From Camelus ferus (taxonomy: Eukaryota): a DNA stretch of 64,000 bases. The DNA is taken from assembly GCF_009834535.1 (NCBI RefSeq), contig NC_045697.1, forward strand, positions 24,430,001 through 24,494,000, given 5' to 3'. How positions within the stretch are numbered: the first letter of the stretch is position 1; the number at the start of each line of letters is the position of its first letter. The notes beneath the pieces are model-generated. The model saw nothing but the letters and a program-made list of their open reading frames with translations. It did not search any database and was not told where the DNA came from. The translations under genes and the position numbers were made by a program. Shown piece by piece: positions 38,690 through 52,610 of this stretch.

Positions 38690-39440
38690 TATATGCAGTT
38701 CAATTTTTATTGTTAGTATGTTTTTAATGAATGCATGTTATAATTCTATAATTTGCATATCCATTTTTGTGTTTATGGACACTTGAGTGATTTATAGTAG
38801 TTAAATTTTTTCCTATTATGAATACAACTGTATAACATTTATTTTCAATTAAAGTATAATTTATATATTATAAAATTCAGCCTGTAAAGAGTACAGCTAT
38901 TACTTACATGAAATATATGAGACATATAGAAAGATGTATAGTTATCACCCCTCCAAAAAGCTAAAAAATTTTGCCTAATCCAAAGTCACAAATATTTTCT
39001 TCTTAAAGCTTATAGTCTTTAGTTTTATATTTAGATCTATGTTCCATTTTAAGTTATTTATTATGATGTGAGGTATAGATCAAGATTCATTATTTTTTGA
39101 ATATAGACATCTAATTTTTTCAGCATCATTTGTACCAGCACCAGTTTTCTCAGTACAACTTATTTCTTCATTGAATTGCTTTTTCACCCTTCTGATAGAT
39201 CAATTGACCACATACATGTGCGTCTACATCTAGACACTCTAATATGTTCCAGTGATCTCTGAGTCTATGTTTTTTTCCAGTACCACACCATCTTGATTAT
39301 TGTAGTTGTTCAGTAAGTCTTGAAAGCAGATAGTGTGAGTCCTTAAATTTTATTATTTTTTTCTCAAAATTAGTTTGAGAACTTTAGATCCTGTTCCCTT
39401 TGCTATCAATTATAGAATCAGCTTATAAGTTTCAACCAAA
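38690..39440 (-). mobile_element. Old L1 fragments (3' end and ORF2)
   Basis: tttagatctatgttccattttaagtt; ttttcagcatcatttgt; ccagtaccacaccatcttgattattgtag are antisense ORF2 C-terminal sequence. Confidence 0.85.
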
Positions 39441-42167
39441 AATTCGGCATTCAGTCTTTCAGTGTTAAGCATTTTTTGTTCACTAGCATCCACAGGAGAA
39501 GTTGTAGATTTCAGGCCTGCTGTTATCTTTCCTACCCAGTAAGATTTCTGTAGAGCTAGGTGGAACACAAACTCATGAGAAGGAATGAGTTATGGAGGGA
39601 AGGAAAAGCAATTTATCAGTGAGAAAGGCACAAAGGAGAAAACAATGAGTGCAGATGCTGGGTTAATTTTCAGATTGTATCAGAATGTGGGCAATATTAA
39701 TAATTTAATATTGTGTGGTGAGAATGAGTTTTAGCTCTCATAAGAGTCTGGTATATTTTTAATGTTCACTGGACCATTATAACAAAAGTTATTATACTAG
39801 CTTCAGCCGTGGAATATGTTATCAACAAGAAAATTTGGATTTTAAAATAATATTAGAAAATACTACAGAAGATGGGATATTTTTACCTAGAAAGTTTATT
39901 TTTAAAGTTATTTTCCAAGTGTTTTTGACATATTACATACATTTGTGACTAATAACATTTGTTCATTTTAGGGTTAATATTGGTAAAATCTTATATTAGC
40001 CTGAAAGAAGCATCATTATTCAAAGAGCATAGCAATGATAACCATGGCAGTGGTCTGGCTGGGTGATGACAGCCACTGTACAACTGATGAAGCAATACTG
40101 CATGGCCTGGTACCTTCTTCCTCCCTCAGACATAATATTAACCTTAGAGGCCCCCTCAGCATCCAGTACTCCTCTCCTCAGCTTGTGCCACTCTATACAG
40201 GAAGTTGCAAAAGCCAAGGAGCTGAGTGAGGAGACAAGGTAGAATTGGGGAGACACTGATAAGAAAGTCACTTTTCAATTGGCTCAGACAATGGAGTTGA
40301 TATTCCTACAATGCAATTTGTGGAGTCAAAGAAACATTATTTTTGTGCTATAGATACACATACTAAATATGCACTTAGGCTATTTTAACTTCAAGAAATA
40401 TATATTCTATATCTCTCCCATTTGATAATAATAATAATAATTATTTTAATATTTCTGTATGTAACTAGTTATATGTTACTGGGATCTATACATGAGATTC
40501 ACTTTGATTTTCCATTTTTATCCCTGATTTTTTTCTATTAAAAAATAAAATATTATGTGTCCTCACAACAACTTGTTAGATAACTATTTGAATCCTTTAC
40601 ATACTCTATCCACCCACTGATAAAGTTAATCTATAAATTTTTGTTGAGCACAAACTATGTTCAAGGTAATATTGAGCAGTTGGCTTGCTTGTATTTGAAG
40701 GCCAAGAAGGCAGAAGAAGAAAATTATCTTCAAATGCCACTCAATTCACTGTTGATCATGGAAATTGGGTATTGAAACTGGCTGCAAGAATAGCAGGTTA
40801 ACCTCTACTGTATCACCTTCATTAAAAGACATCTGTTCATTGAGCAGAAGGGCAAGTGGCATGCACTATTTAAATTCCTGTTCATTCTCTTTCTTTTTGC
40901 TTTCTCTGTCTTTTGATTCACTTATAGCTGACTTTCATCAGCTGAAAAATATATGCATGCTACGTCTTCAGTGTTACCTCAAAAATAGTTCTAAAACTTG
41001 TATGTTAACAAACATACATGTACCATAAAGACAATATATGTAAGAATTGGTTATAAGTGTTTAAAATACAAATGCACTTGACCTCCAATAATTTCTGCAA
41101 AATCCAAACCTGCAAGGATTGGCATCAAATTCCACTAAATAATTTCCCTTATCTTAGTACACATAAAGCATTAATACTAATTTGTAGATGATTTTTGAGA
41201 TAAGAACAGCAGGAGGCTTTAGTAACAATAACTATCAAACAAAGAGATCTCTAAAAGAACTTTCAAAACACAGTATAAAAAGATATTCTTTTAACTTGGT
41301 AGTCACTCACCTTACATTTTCTGACATTGTGCCACATTATCTTGGGGCTGATAGTAATTTGTGAAGGTCATTTCTTCAACCCTCTTCTGTTAAGAGGACT
41401 CAATTCAGTCAAGGACAATTGAACACTAGACATGGGATAACAAAGGAGACAAAATAGTAGAGCGATCACAAAGGAAGAAGGGGAGTTGTAGGAGAGAAGA
41501 GAGGAATCTACAAGCAGCAATCAATTTAGAATCAGAGTTCATTGTCCTTTCAAAACATCAACAGACTCCATTCAATCCGTTTACAGCAGTTTTTACTTCT
41601 CCTGTGGCCTAGAATTTGTTAGAAGAAGGAGAAGGAGAAAGAGAGGGAGAGAGGGAGGAGGAGGTGGGAGGGGAAAAAGGAGGGAGAGGGAGACCTGGCT
41701 CACGCACCCAAGCATATTGTGAAGCATTATTATAGTGCCAGACCACATGAACTCATTATTCTGCTCGCAGTTCTTCAAGAGAGACCCTACACTTCTTCAA
41801 AAACACCAAATATTGACAAGAGAGAGTACCTGTCATTGTAGATCAAATCGGATTTAACTGTTCAGCTCAAACACAAAGCAGGCTAAGACCCAAGAAAGAA
41901 GAAAAACTGACCAGTCCCTCTGCTCTTGGGAAAACAGTAATTTTGATAACTGCAGTTAGGTTCTGCCTCAAACGGAAAACCTCCTCCAAAAAACAAACAA
42001 ACAAAACAAAACAGAGAGAGAGGATTTTCTATATTTGTAAATGTGCATTCATTACATGAATAAAGCTCTCAATGCTTCTAGGCCAAGCTACTGGAGTTAG
42101 ATAACTAATATTAATGGCTAAGCGAAGATGTTGCAGTTGAGTAAGTTTAATTATGGTAAACTCATTC

Positions 42168-42717
42168 TGTGGTTGAAATCAAGCTCCTGTGCCCGATGCA
42201 CAGTGAGGCCCAACAAGCCAAAGCGTCAGAGTCTGGAGCAGAGAAAGGAATATTTATTGCTGGACCAGCCAAGAAGAGCAGACCTGCTCCTGTTCAAAAG
42301 ACCCGAACTTCCTGCTGAGTTGCAGGGAAGTTTTTGTAGGCAAAATTTGGAGGGAGGTCTTCAGGGTGTGTAGCTCCTCTGATTGGTTGGTGGTGAGGTA
42401 GCAGTGTGGGGTTCTAGGAATCTTAATCCTCAGCCTTCTGGTTCCAACCAGTCCGGGGTCCACATGTTTGTGCTCCACCTGAACTGATCATTCTTGACCT
42501 GCAGGAAGCTTTAGTTCCTGGAGAACTCAGAGATAAATATCAGATTGTTATGCATGTCCCCAGGCCCATGCCCCATCCTGCGCTACTGTTTCTGTCTGGA
42601 TTCCTCACTTCTCCAATTAGTAACTGTTTGAATCTGCTTTTTCCTACATACAGGAAATGGAGGACAGAGAAAAGCCATTGTATTTGGGAGGGCCCCAAGT
42701 GTTCCTGCACGATTTCA
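42168..42717 (-). mobile_element. ERV1-type solo LTR
   Basis: tgtggttgaaatcaagctc ... gcacagtgaggcc ... ggagcagagaaagg ... tttattgc; ctgattggttggtggtgagg (antisense CCAAT); ends gcacgatttca. Confidence 0.75.
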
Positions 42718-44105
42718 ATCTAACACTTTTCCACCTTCAGTAATACAAGCCTATTTTATTCAAAAGTTTAATCACACAAACCTGTCTATCTATCCATCTA
42801 TCTGATGTCTAGATTTAAGTCATTCAACAATTTAATCTCATATAACAATATTTCTAGATACATAAACACAACTATTTAGCTTAAGAAAATGTGGTCTGTA
42901 TAATTAAACAGGACTTGGCTAACCAAACAAGAATTGATTTTAAATTTCATGGCTTTTAGTAGAAAATTCTCTTTGTGGTATATTAAAAATATTCTAGGAT
43001 CAAGGACCAGTGGACTCCATTTCATGTTTTGGATATAACACATAAGAAATTAAATCTTAGAGAGGTCACTCTCGCTCTACTTTTAATAGTGTTAGTTTCC
43101 TTTTCATTAAATAAGACATGGCAAAAAGCTGTTATTGAGAATGGTGAGGATCAGATGTGAATGTAAGTTGAGAAACAATTAGGTGTTATTGAGATAAAGT
43201 TATTTACAATGTTTTTAAAGTATAGTTCATATCCAGATAAATATATCATGATAAGTGAAACACCAGGTTGCAGTGATGTATATAATACTCTTCCATTTCT
43301 AAAATAGGGTAAAATTACTTTGAGTTTGCAGTCATAGTAATCTGAAAGCCTTGGACATATTAAAGATCATTGGTAACAAAATTGGATAGCAATTCCTTTT
43401 GTTTGCTTAAAGTCTTATGTATGGGATTCATTAAGTTAGGTTTGACATTACAAGTGCAGAATCCTGGTCTGCTGGTAGAGCACTGAGCTCCCTATACCAA
43501 CAGTGGTTGTCCAGAAATTAGTTTTGTAATAAAAGAATGAAATAAATTCATGGTTTGATTACTTCTAAGAAAAATCATTTTTATTACATTTCCATTTAAA
43601 TAGTCTCAAAGTACTTATTAAATAAGATAGTAGGAAAACATGGCTGTACTGAAATCATCAGACTATTCCTTGGGATATAACGCCATCAAAAAAAAAAACT
43701 ATGCTCTTCAGCCTGTTGTGTTTCCATGACTAACACCTTCTCAAATAAAGTAAGGTGTTAAGATGAGGAAATTTGAAAACCCAGAAATTTTAAATCACTA
43801 GGATACAACTTAGTACATCCAAGTGGCAGCTTTAATAATGTAACAGATAGAACATTTTTGTAAGTTCCTGTTGATGAAAGACACAATTGCCTTATAATTC
43901 GTAAATAGTCCTAGGCACTATTCTATTTCATAAAAATCTTTTGAGGGCTTTGCAAATGCCTAGGACTGAACATCTTTTTTTATCATTTACTCCGTACTTC
44001 AACTTTAGAGCACATGACACACTCAGTGTGGTGAAGCACACTGTGTAATGCTGCAAATTCTTCAAATTATTTTTGGGATGAATTTAACTCCACCATACTT
44101 GGGAA

Positions 44106-44179
44106 CTCTCTCTCTCTCTCTTTTACCCACATATACCCACATCCACACACACACGCACACACACATGCACACACACACA
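44106..44179. repeat. (CT)n / (CA)n microsatellite
   Basis: Directly visible dinucleotide runs. Confidence 0.9.
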
Positions 44180-45844
44180 GGGTATATTATTTCTATTGGC
44201 TGAAAATAAGTAAAGCCAGAGAGAATTTAGCATTTTCTTGTAATAGGATTAAAACAATTTCCTTATAGCATGGACATACATAAATGACCTGTGTATTACA
44301 TTCTTAATAAATCCAGTGTTTATTTCTAATCCCAAATTAATATATATATACACATATATGTATACATACACACATATATGCATATATTTATATGAAATAT
44401 TTTGTAAGTCTATCAAATTTTTAATTTTATTTTTTAATAAACTGAATATTTTAAAATTGTGTTAAACCTAATAGATATATGCCAGTATTTATAGCTATGG
44501 AAAGATGAACGTTTTTTGAAAGTGCCTATACCATGCAATAGGCATTATTTTATTGTCAACTGTTCAGATCTAATACAGTCCCGATATAGCTAAAGTGCAA
44601 TATTTTTTTTAAAAGCATTCCATTTTGAGTTTTCACTTTAAATGTAGGAGGAAGAGTGAAAAGATCTAATTTCTTCCTTATGAGTTATCATTGAGTCTAA
44701 CCATTAAAAAAAAAAACTTAGTAATATATAGGTTTCATTTTATTTTTATACACAAAAGACAAACTCCAGCAAAACTTAGATAATATCTCTTTTGAGAAAA
44801 GTAGTCTGATACTTTTGACAGTTCCTTGACTTCCTTTTGGGTGACCCTGAATTGGTAATGATATCTTATGTTTAAGAAGGATCATCAATCTTAGAGCATC
44901 TCAGTGACAATCTCAGTGTCAATTTCTTTATCACGTTGGATACATACCTGAAATGCTTGTACTTATACTGAATGAAGAGATCCTCAGGGTTACATAAATA
45001 ACCACTAGCACAGAACAAAGTCATCCATTCTTTAAAGAAATAGGTAATTTATCTCAATCTTTATAAAAAAGTGATTGAAACTAGTGGGAAAAAGTCATGA
45101 AACCAAAGTGATGATACATTTCATTTTATATCTTGGGGAGCTGGAAGTTTTGTTATTCTATGGTCTAATCATTTCTCAAATGCTGTTATAATTCCCACAA
45201 CTATTGCTGTAGAATTGCGCATTACTAAATCTTAATCATGATTTAAAAGTCAACGTCAATGATTCGTTGAAATATGTTTCTTAAAAATCTTACGAGTGAA
45301 TTTCCTGTTTTACTTTGAATAGCATGGGTATTAGCTTAAATCTTCTGCTAACTTTTTCCCCATTTTTAAATGCATGTTAGAACCCCAAAAACTGTGTCTC
45401 AGAATTTCTGTGAGATTCACACTTCGTGTATGACTGGCTGTTAGTATCCCTCCCCACTCTTGCCTCAAATCAAAAATTTTGTGAATCTGATTATTGTCTA
45501 GGGTTCCTGACCTCAAGTGAAAGAGGTGTCCATCCCTCCAATTGCATAAGCCAAACACAATAAGCCAAACGCAATAGGCCAAACACTTGGGAGCCGTTTC
45601 CTTTCACTCATCTTCAGTATCTAAGGTCTCACCAAGATCTGATCAGTTTTAGTTTCCAGACATTTTTCAATTATATAACCTGCTGTCATAAATCTCCAGG
45701 ATACAGCACAACACCCATGTGTTTTTACTGCACTTATGGTTTTTTTTTTTTCATTTGTTTGTTTAAATAGCCTCCTCTCCTTTAATACATATTCTACAAA
45801 TTGTTCACCTTGAGTGTGGCATCTTCTCCCTGCCAGTACCCTGA

Positions 45845-45965
45845 TTAATACAATAATAATATTTATTTATCTAATAAGATTTTTGTGAAGAGTAAATGCA
45901 GCAATACGTATAGAGTACTGAGAACAGTGCTTATAACATTAAAAAACCCACAATAAATATTAGCC
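45845..45965 (+). mobile_element. MIR 3' fragment
   Basis: tttgtgaagagtaaatg ... gtactgagaacagtgctt ... caataaatattagc. Confidence 0.6.
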
Positions 45966-46199
45966 ATTTTTACCAAATATTTCAATTGTAGGCATATATT
46001 TATATCTTAGCACTTTAGGCCTAGGCTTTTCCCAAAACAGTAAAACATTTTAGTTTGACTTTTGAGATAAAACTGCTTTATATTTATATTAATAAGCACT
46101 GATGGAGAAATGATACCTGATAGATACACATACTTATAATACAGACCCTCCCATTTTCTGGAACAATGACTCTCCTGTTGGAGGAGATCATTGAGGGAC

Positions 46200-46530
46200 T
46201 GTGTTGACCCTAAAGCTGGATGTGGTCAAAGTCTCCCGACCCCCTCCCCTGTCATTGGAATGTACATTCTGCCTACCATCCCCACACTAGGAGCTGTTTC
46301 AAGGTTCTAGCCTTAAGAGACTAAGGTACTGTTGAGACCATCTGAATGGTATATGTGATGACACAGTTAAGGCCTCTGAGGGCAGGAGTGGAGAGCTACT
46401 TGTCTTGTGGCTGCCCAAGGCAAGCCTTGTATGTTAAGTTCCCTTACTTATTAAAACTGTCACCTACCAATCTGGAGTGTCTAGCTTCTTTCTTCAGTCT
46501 TTCCTAGTGCACTGTGTGTAAGGACCAACA
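46200..46530 (+). mobile_element. ERV1-type LTR (short or partly deleted)
   Basis: tgtgttgacc ... gttcccttacttattaaaactgtcacctaccaatctggagtg ... accaaca, with an ATTAAA polyA signal. Confidence 0.6.
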
Positions 46531-46899
46531 CCTCCCTATATGCTTCCTATAAATTTGACTTAATATATAATATGTTCCATATAAGTTTGACTTAATCGTG
46601 TAAGTTACAGCCAGCTATCATAGTAAAATTTTAAAAAATCAATGAGCTATTCTATTGAGTAGACTAATGATATGTGGTATATTTATAATACTGATGATAC
46701 AATGCTAGCAACACGTTGACTATAACTTGCTATTTTGTTTCCAATCTGCTTTCTGCCCCCAATTTCTTTTTTACTTATTTAGTTATTTATTATTTAACTG
46801 AAGAGTTGAGTTCATCAACAAAAATTTTGGAGAATACATGGTTTATACCAGCTATCGTAGATCAGTTTTGAAAAATATAATATTTTGATTTTTTTTTTT

Positions 46900-49300
46900 C
46901 AGTGATGGAAAAAAAATTACCCTCCCCAGCAAAAAAATATATTATATATTTCATTGCCTTAGCTCTCCTTCAGAACCACCAAGACCATTCACCAAAAAAG
47001 GATCAGACAGCAGGAAATCAATGTGATGTTCTGTGGTATGTTCCACTGGTTCAGATCAATTTAGGCCACATTATGACAGATAGCACTGGAGTTAATATGA
47101 CTTGAAACAAAACTGAAAGTGAATATTCTTGTCCATTCCCATCTGAATGTAGACTGTTTCTGATCCTTTTTTGTAATCGGAATGGAGAAGAAAGTATTTC
47201 TTAACATGCTGTGTAGCAAGTAAACATTTGGCACAGCAGTTGCAGTTATGGATACAACATGGTTGAACTCAGGGTTGTCTGAAGTTTTCCTCCAGCAGTC
47301 ATCTGAGTTTTTCAAGAGTCAGGACAGTAACATGAACCAAAATATGATAGCTAGAATCAACCCTGCCTTTATTAGGGATTTATTGTAGTACTAATCACTG
47401 CCACCGTCCACAGAATGAAATACACATTTTTAAATTTATTATCTTGACTAGAGGAAAGCAGAACAATTCAAAGGCTTCTGTTACGTATTTCCCACTATTA
47501 ATAATTCATTCCATATTCCAAGCTGCCAGTGCTCAGTTTACTTCAATTTCTCAGTATATCAATTCCATTATATACTTCAGGCAGGCCTAAAGGGCCACAG
47601 AGATTTCACTTTGAAACAGACTTTAGCCAGAAGTTCATTTACTAATCTGGCCCCACTTAATCCCCATTCTGCAACAAGTCATGATGATCCTGCGAATCTC
47701 AGGTTATCAATGTCACTCTGGTCTTTTGTCCACAACCCTCAATATGTTTGGGTATTTCCCGTTCCTCAGTGTTCAATTTTACTGGAACAGATGGATGAAG
47801 ACATTTTCTATAGATAATTGTTATGGTGTTGCAGGCTCCTTCCTCTTAGAGATCCAGTCACTTCTTCAGTCCCTGGGTTCCAGATCAGAAAAACAGCTCA
47901 AGTCCAGACACTGAGGAAAGGATTGTAGCTTTTTATTAGGGCAACTGCCTCAGCCTCCTGCTCCTTCATTCTCAGTTTTATTTGGTTTCATGTGTTAAGT
48001 AGCAACCTTGTCAACTACCAATCTGTTTTGTCTCTGAGTGTCGCACACTCTATCAACATCTTCGCAACACCTCACGAGTCTCACATCTCTTCATTTTCCT
48101 CCAGTTTGCCAGGGCGTTACAATAAAACACAGCCTCCAGTTCTGGAGATCGTGTTGCCACCTGGCCTATGTTAACTCGGGACCTGTCATTCACAATGGAT
48201 ATTTATGGGCTCCATCTGTGACTCTTACCTTCATACCTGCCTTGCACAGGGCAATCACCACGACAGTTCTTAGTGATACTGGTGTCCTCCTTGTAAGTGC
48301 ATTGCTAATGACCCCAGTGAAGGGTGTGCCCTCTGGGCTATCCTGTAAAACATGATCATCTGGTGGCTCTTCTGGACTTACTTATATACCATTCCAGCAT
48401 GAGCACTGCGTTCGGCCTCTTTATTTCTGCTTCCCTTGTCTACCAGAAGATCTTGGACAACTCTACGTCATCTCACCTCTAAGTAATACCTGGTGGTGAG
48501 TTTGCACCAGCCTATAAGGTTTCTTTTCTGATAAAGTGCCCACAAATCAACTCAATCTTGTTTCTCTAGTTTTCCATTCTGGTCCCCTTGATGGAACACT
48601 AAAATCCAATCGCAAGATAACTGCTTTGGCCCTGTCAGTACGTGCTAATTGCTACTTCTCCTTTTATTTATAATCTCTTTCCTACTTTATCAAGCTCAAC
48701 ATTCCCCTAGCCAGGCCATGCTGGAATTAATTGGTGGGTACAGCTTCTGAAGGAAGGGGTTCTTCTCAGCAGAGTGTACTGTCAAGACTTACCAGGGAAT
48801 GATAAGGCTCAGAGGAATCTGCCATATCCTCAAGGGTCCTATACAGATGGACCCATCCCATGTGTTAGGACCAGGGCCGTGACTTTAGCATAAGATACCT
48901 ACTTTAGATGAGCATTAAAATGCTTCTGCGTATCTGTGATACCTGATGCTCATCAGTTTCTGCTCTTGGCCAGCGTCTTCACACTCTCACAGTTAGCCTT
49001 TGACTGCTTGTTTCTCATCACCCCTCTTCAATGAATAAATTCAACTTAGTAATCAGCCAATATTGCTATTTATTTAAGTCTTGGCACCACACCCCCCACC
49101 CTACCAATTATTTAAAATGCCTGAATCATTGTACGTGCAAGGGTTAGCTGCAAAAGAAATCTTTAGCCCTTGGGATGCTGTCTTGCATCACGTTCTATCG
49201 GTTGTCCTCCTACATACAGGATTGTGTCTTCTTTTTCTTCCAGACCAGGAATGATCAAGTTGAAAATCTTCATTTTGCCACCTGTTTTTTCAAGTATCAG
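46900..49300 (-). mobile_element. Decayed class III ERV internal region (ERV3-16/HERV16-like): gag, protease, RT N-terminal half
   Basis: ORF 47061-47315(-) reads SDDCWRKTSDNPEFNHVV...AVPNV...NTFFSIPITKKDQKQSTFRW...NSSAICHN, which are retroviral RT motifs. The reverse complement near 47550-47580 encodes IMGIDIL (protease C-terminus). Confidence 0.8.
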
Positions 49301-49309
49301 AGTACCTTC

Positions 49310-49730
49310 TGCATTCATTTAGAATCACCAAATGCCACATACCTAGACAGAATGGACATTCAAGATGTTTACAGTAGGAAGAACAGGAAAAGAAGAGTAG
49401 AGTTGTAACCCTGGTCTGACACCTGTGGAAGGAAAGAAGGAGGGAAGGAAGCCTCGGGACAAAGATTCTTGGATGCAGCATGGTTCCAACAAAGATTTGG
49501 CCAAACTAAAAAAGAGTCCTTGAGCTCCAGTCTCCTGTTGGAAGATGCCTGTATCTCACTGTAATGAATCTGCGTAAGTAGCCTTGTTGTGCTCCGTCAC
49601 TGGCTCCAAGGCCTGGGGCAAACATAACCTCGGTGGATGCAGTGGGAGAGCCAAAGGCACAGCGGCTGGAGGCTTTGATAAATTACGGGCCCCCCAGCAG
49701 AGCTGAGTGGCTCATCGCAACAGCTGTCAC
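49310..49730 (-). mobile_element. LTR16-like 5' LTR of the minus-strand ERV
   Basis: Similar to 21215-21620 (ggtctgacacctgtggaagga; gtcactggct; gctggaggct). Adjacent to the gag side of the internal region. Confidence 0.65.
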
Positions 49731-51659
49731 TCGCGTGCTTTCACATTCTGTATTTAATTTTACGGACTCCCTGCTTGAGGGTATTAAGTGACTTGCGTAT
49801 GGAGATCCAGGCAGGAGAATGGCCACGAAGGCTGTGGGTGAGGAGGAAATGAAAACGCGCCCGGACGTAGGGGGACGAGCTTTGGAAAGAGAGGCAAGAA
49901 TTCGTCTCAAACACATTTCTCTTACATCACAGTATTTCTGAAAATCAACCTTGCCTATATCTGAAAGTCACACACCTGTTTAAAATGTTTCTCAGAGGAG
50001 CAGTTTGTCATCCTGAAATATTTCATGTGAGAATTGGGAGAGAAAGACAACACACAGCATGAAAAAGTCATAGAATTCAATCTCAGTGTGAAAGAGAATA
50101 TATGCATTTTTCCCTTCGGAGTCAGGGAGCCCTCAGTCTTTTTTACTTTATCTTTGCTTGTCTTATTTCATTCTTCCGATGTCTCCCCTTTGTTTTTTAA
50201 AACTATCTGCTTCTTTTTTCCTTTTCCTTTTTTTTTCTCTGAAAATCTACCTTCCTATTTTCTACATCCCTGTGGAGTATTAGCAAGAACAGTGCGATGT
50301 ATTAATCTTAGCAAATGGAAACATATATGCAGGCACTGGAAATTTGTCCTGATGCTGATAAAATGCTAAGCTGTGACTGATTAATGACCTTTGGGATTGT
50401 GTCTGTGTTCACATATTCAGTGTGTAAGTGGTTGTGGAGATCAATCTTTTGAGATTGTTTTTATATTCCATGTGAACAAGAAAATAAACTCCTGGTCCCA
50501 GAGGTTGCATAATGCAAATATTATTCTGATTCTCGCTTTCTAATGTGAAAGTTGTTTTGTTCAGGATAATTTCTGACATTGGAGCAAAGCAAACTTTGGG
50601 TCTTGCCACTGTCTGGAATTAATAGAAACATATCACCAAGGTCAACATTTTTACATATATAAAATTTTGCATGTATAAATTGAAGCAAAAATTGTTCTTC
50701 TCCCACTGAGAACAGAGAGCTTTAGTGTATGGATTTTAAAATAAACTTTTCTTTACCAGAAATACATAGTGAATTTCATTTGTAAGAGTGAAACAACAGT
50801 AGAAAGCTTAGTTATATATAGCACGCCAGAGGCGGTAGCTCAGATCACAGAATCCTACAAAGTTAGAGCTGGCAGTTGTATTACCACTCACCTTTCCCTG
50901 CAAGTGAGCTTGCTCTGTCTGGCTGTGTGAGTGCACGGGACAGGTCTCTGGTTGGTAGATTCAGTCCTAAGATCCAGGTAAGAACGGATCTGAATAACAG
51001 GGTTATCTGAAACCTGAGTTGCAAAAAAACAGTGTTGAAAACACTAGGACACATTTGGCATCATGAGGGAAAGGATTCTACAGGAAAATAGGTAAATTGA
51101 TGGGTCAGGATTGTTAATGGAGTCTGAATCTTTGGAGTCCAAAAGAAGAGCTGAACAGAAAGTTTTAGTTTTATTGTGTAGTTCAGCCAATTGGAAGCCT
51201 GAGGGGTTACTGGAAGGAGGCTGGAGATAGAGGCATTCACATCAGATAATTTGTCTCTGAGCTGAAAACTCCTTTGTTTGCTGCGGCAGCTGCATGTTAA
51301 CTGTGAGTTTCATCTTACACAGCTCCTTCCTTAGAAGGAGGCTGTAGTGGTGCTTACCACCAGCTCCTTGCTATGACCTCCTTAAATCCAGAGTGACACA
51401 CCCCAAGCAATATGCATAGTGAAGTTGCTAGAATTGCTGGAGGGATGCAGAATTCGATTCAACTGCAACATACTGGTATTTATTTCAATTTTAACTTTAG
51501 TCCATTTAAAGGCTCTAAATAGATTTCTTCTGAAATTTCTGCTTCCCATAACAAGAAATTCTTTCAGATATAGCAAAGACACTATTGATTTCCTCTACCT
51601 ATATTCATCTGATTTGATAAAAATTAACATTACTGAAATATAATTCCTAATTATTTTTC

Positions 51660-52350
51660 TTTCTTCAGATACGATTTTTTCCTAATAGTTCATGTTCTGA
51701 CAATGGCACCATCACATGTTCAGATGATCAATTCTTTATTTCCTATCCCTACATATATTATAATCAGAAAGTCCTGTGACTCTACTATCAAAATGAAGTT
51801 TAAATTCCTTGCTCCATCACCAGCATCCTCTTTCTACCATCATCTTTCACTTGTACTTCAGAAGTTGCATCCTACATTATCTCCGTACTTCTGAGCTCTC
51901 CCTCTCTCAATGCGTTCTCCAAATAGCAGCCAGCTATCTACTTAACATGCTGATCACAGCACATCCTTCCTTCATTAAATACCTCTAATAGTCTCTCATT
52001 ACTCTTCAAACTCTAAACTCTTTGTTATGGCCAACATAAACCTGCCTGATATGCTTCTGTTTAAGCCTCTGACCTTCTTCCTCACAAAGTTTTTTCTCTC
52101 TGATCTTTCACCTCCTGTTAATTTTCCAATTTATTAATTATTTGGGAACGATTTGTCATTTCCTTTGTCTAGAATACTATAGGTCCAGAACTTCTAATGT
52201 CTTCTTCTTCCTCAGAAGGTAGTGTGATTTCCATGTGTCACTCAGAAAGACCTTCCTTGACTTATCTGAAATAAGTCCCTCCCAACTGAGTTACTGCTTA
52301 TCCCCTTTTTAACACTTTATTTTCTTCTTGATACGTAGTGTTATATGAAA
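51660..52350 (+). mobile_element. L2 3' region
   Basis: aatcagaaagtcctgtgactctac; ttctccaaatagcagccag; aaactctttgttatggcc; tcactcagaaagaccttccttgac. Confidence 0.65.
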
Positions 52351-52422
52351 TGGTCCCAAGTTCACTTGCTCCTGAATTTATCATTCTTATAGCCATTTGA
52401 AACTAACGCACCAAGGCTAACA

Positions 52423-52469
52423 TTTCTTTTCTTTTCTATTCTTTTCTTTTCTTCCTTCCTTCCTTCTTT

Positions 52470-52501
<32 letters not shown>

Positions 52502-52610
52502 GCTTTCTTGCTTTCTTGCTTTCTTGCTTTCTTGCTTTCTTCTTGCTTTCTTGCTTTCCTGCTTTCCTTCTTTCCTTTCTCTCTTTCCTTCTTTCCTTTC
52601 TTTCTTTTTT
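52423..52610. repeat. Compound pyrimidine microsatellite (CCTT)n/(CTTT)n/(CTTTCTTG)n
   Basis: Directly visible. It explains the low-complexity ORF 52500-52703. Confidence 0.95.

Noticed and set aside
50820..50985. GC-richer segment ending in the donor-like ccag|gtaaga
   Set aside because: No convincing acceptor or coding frame, and single donor-like words are expected by chance.
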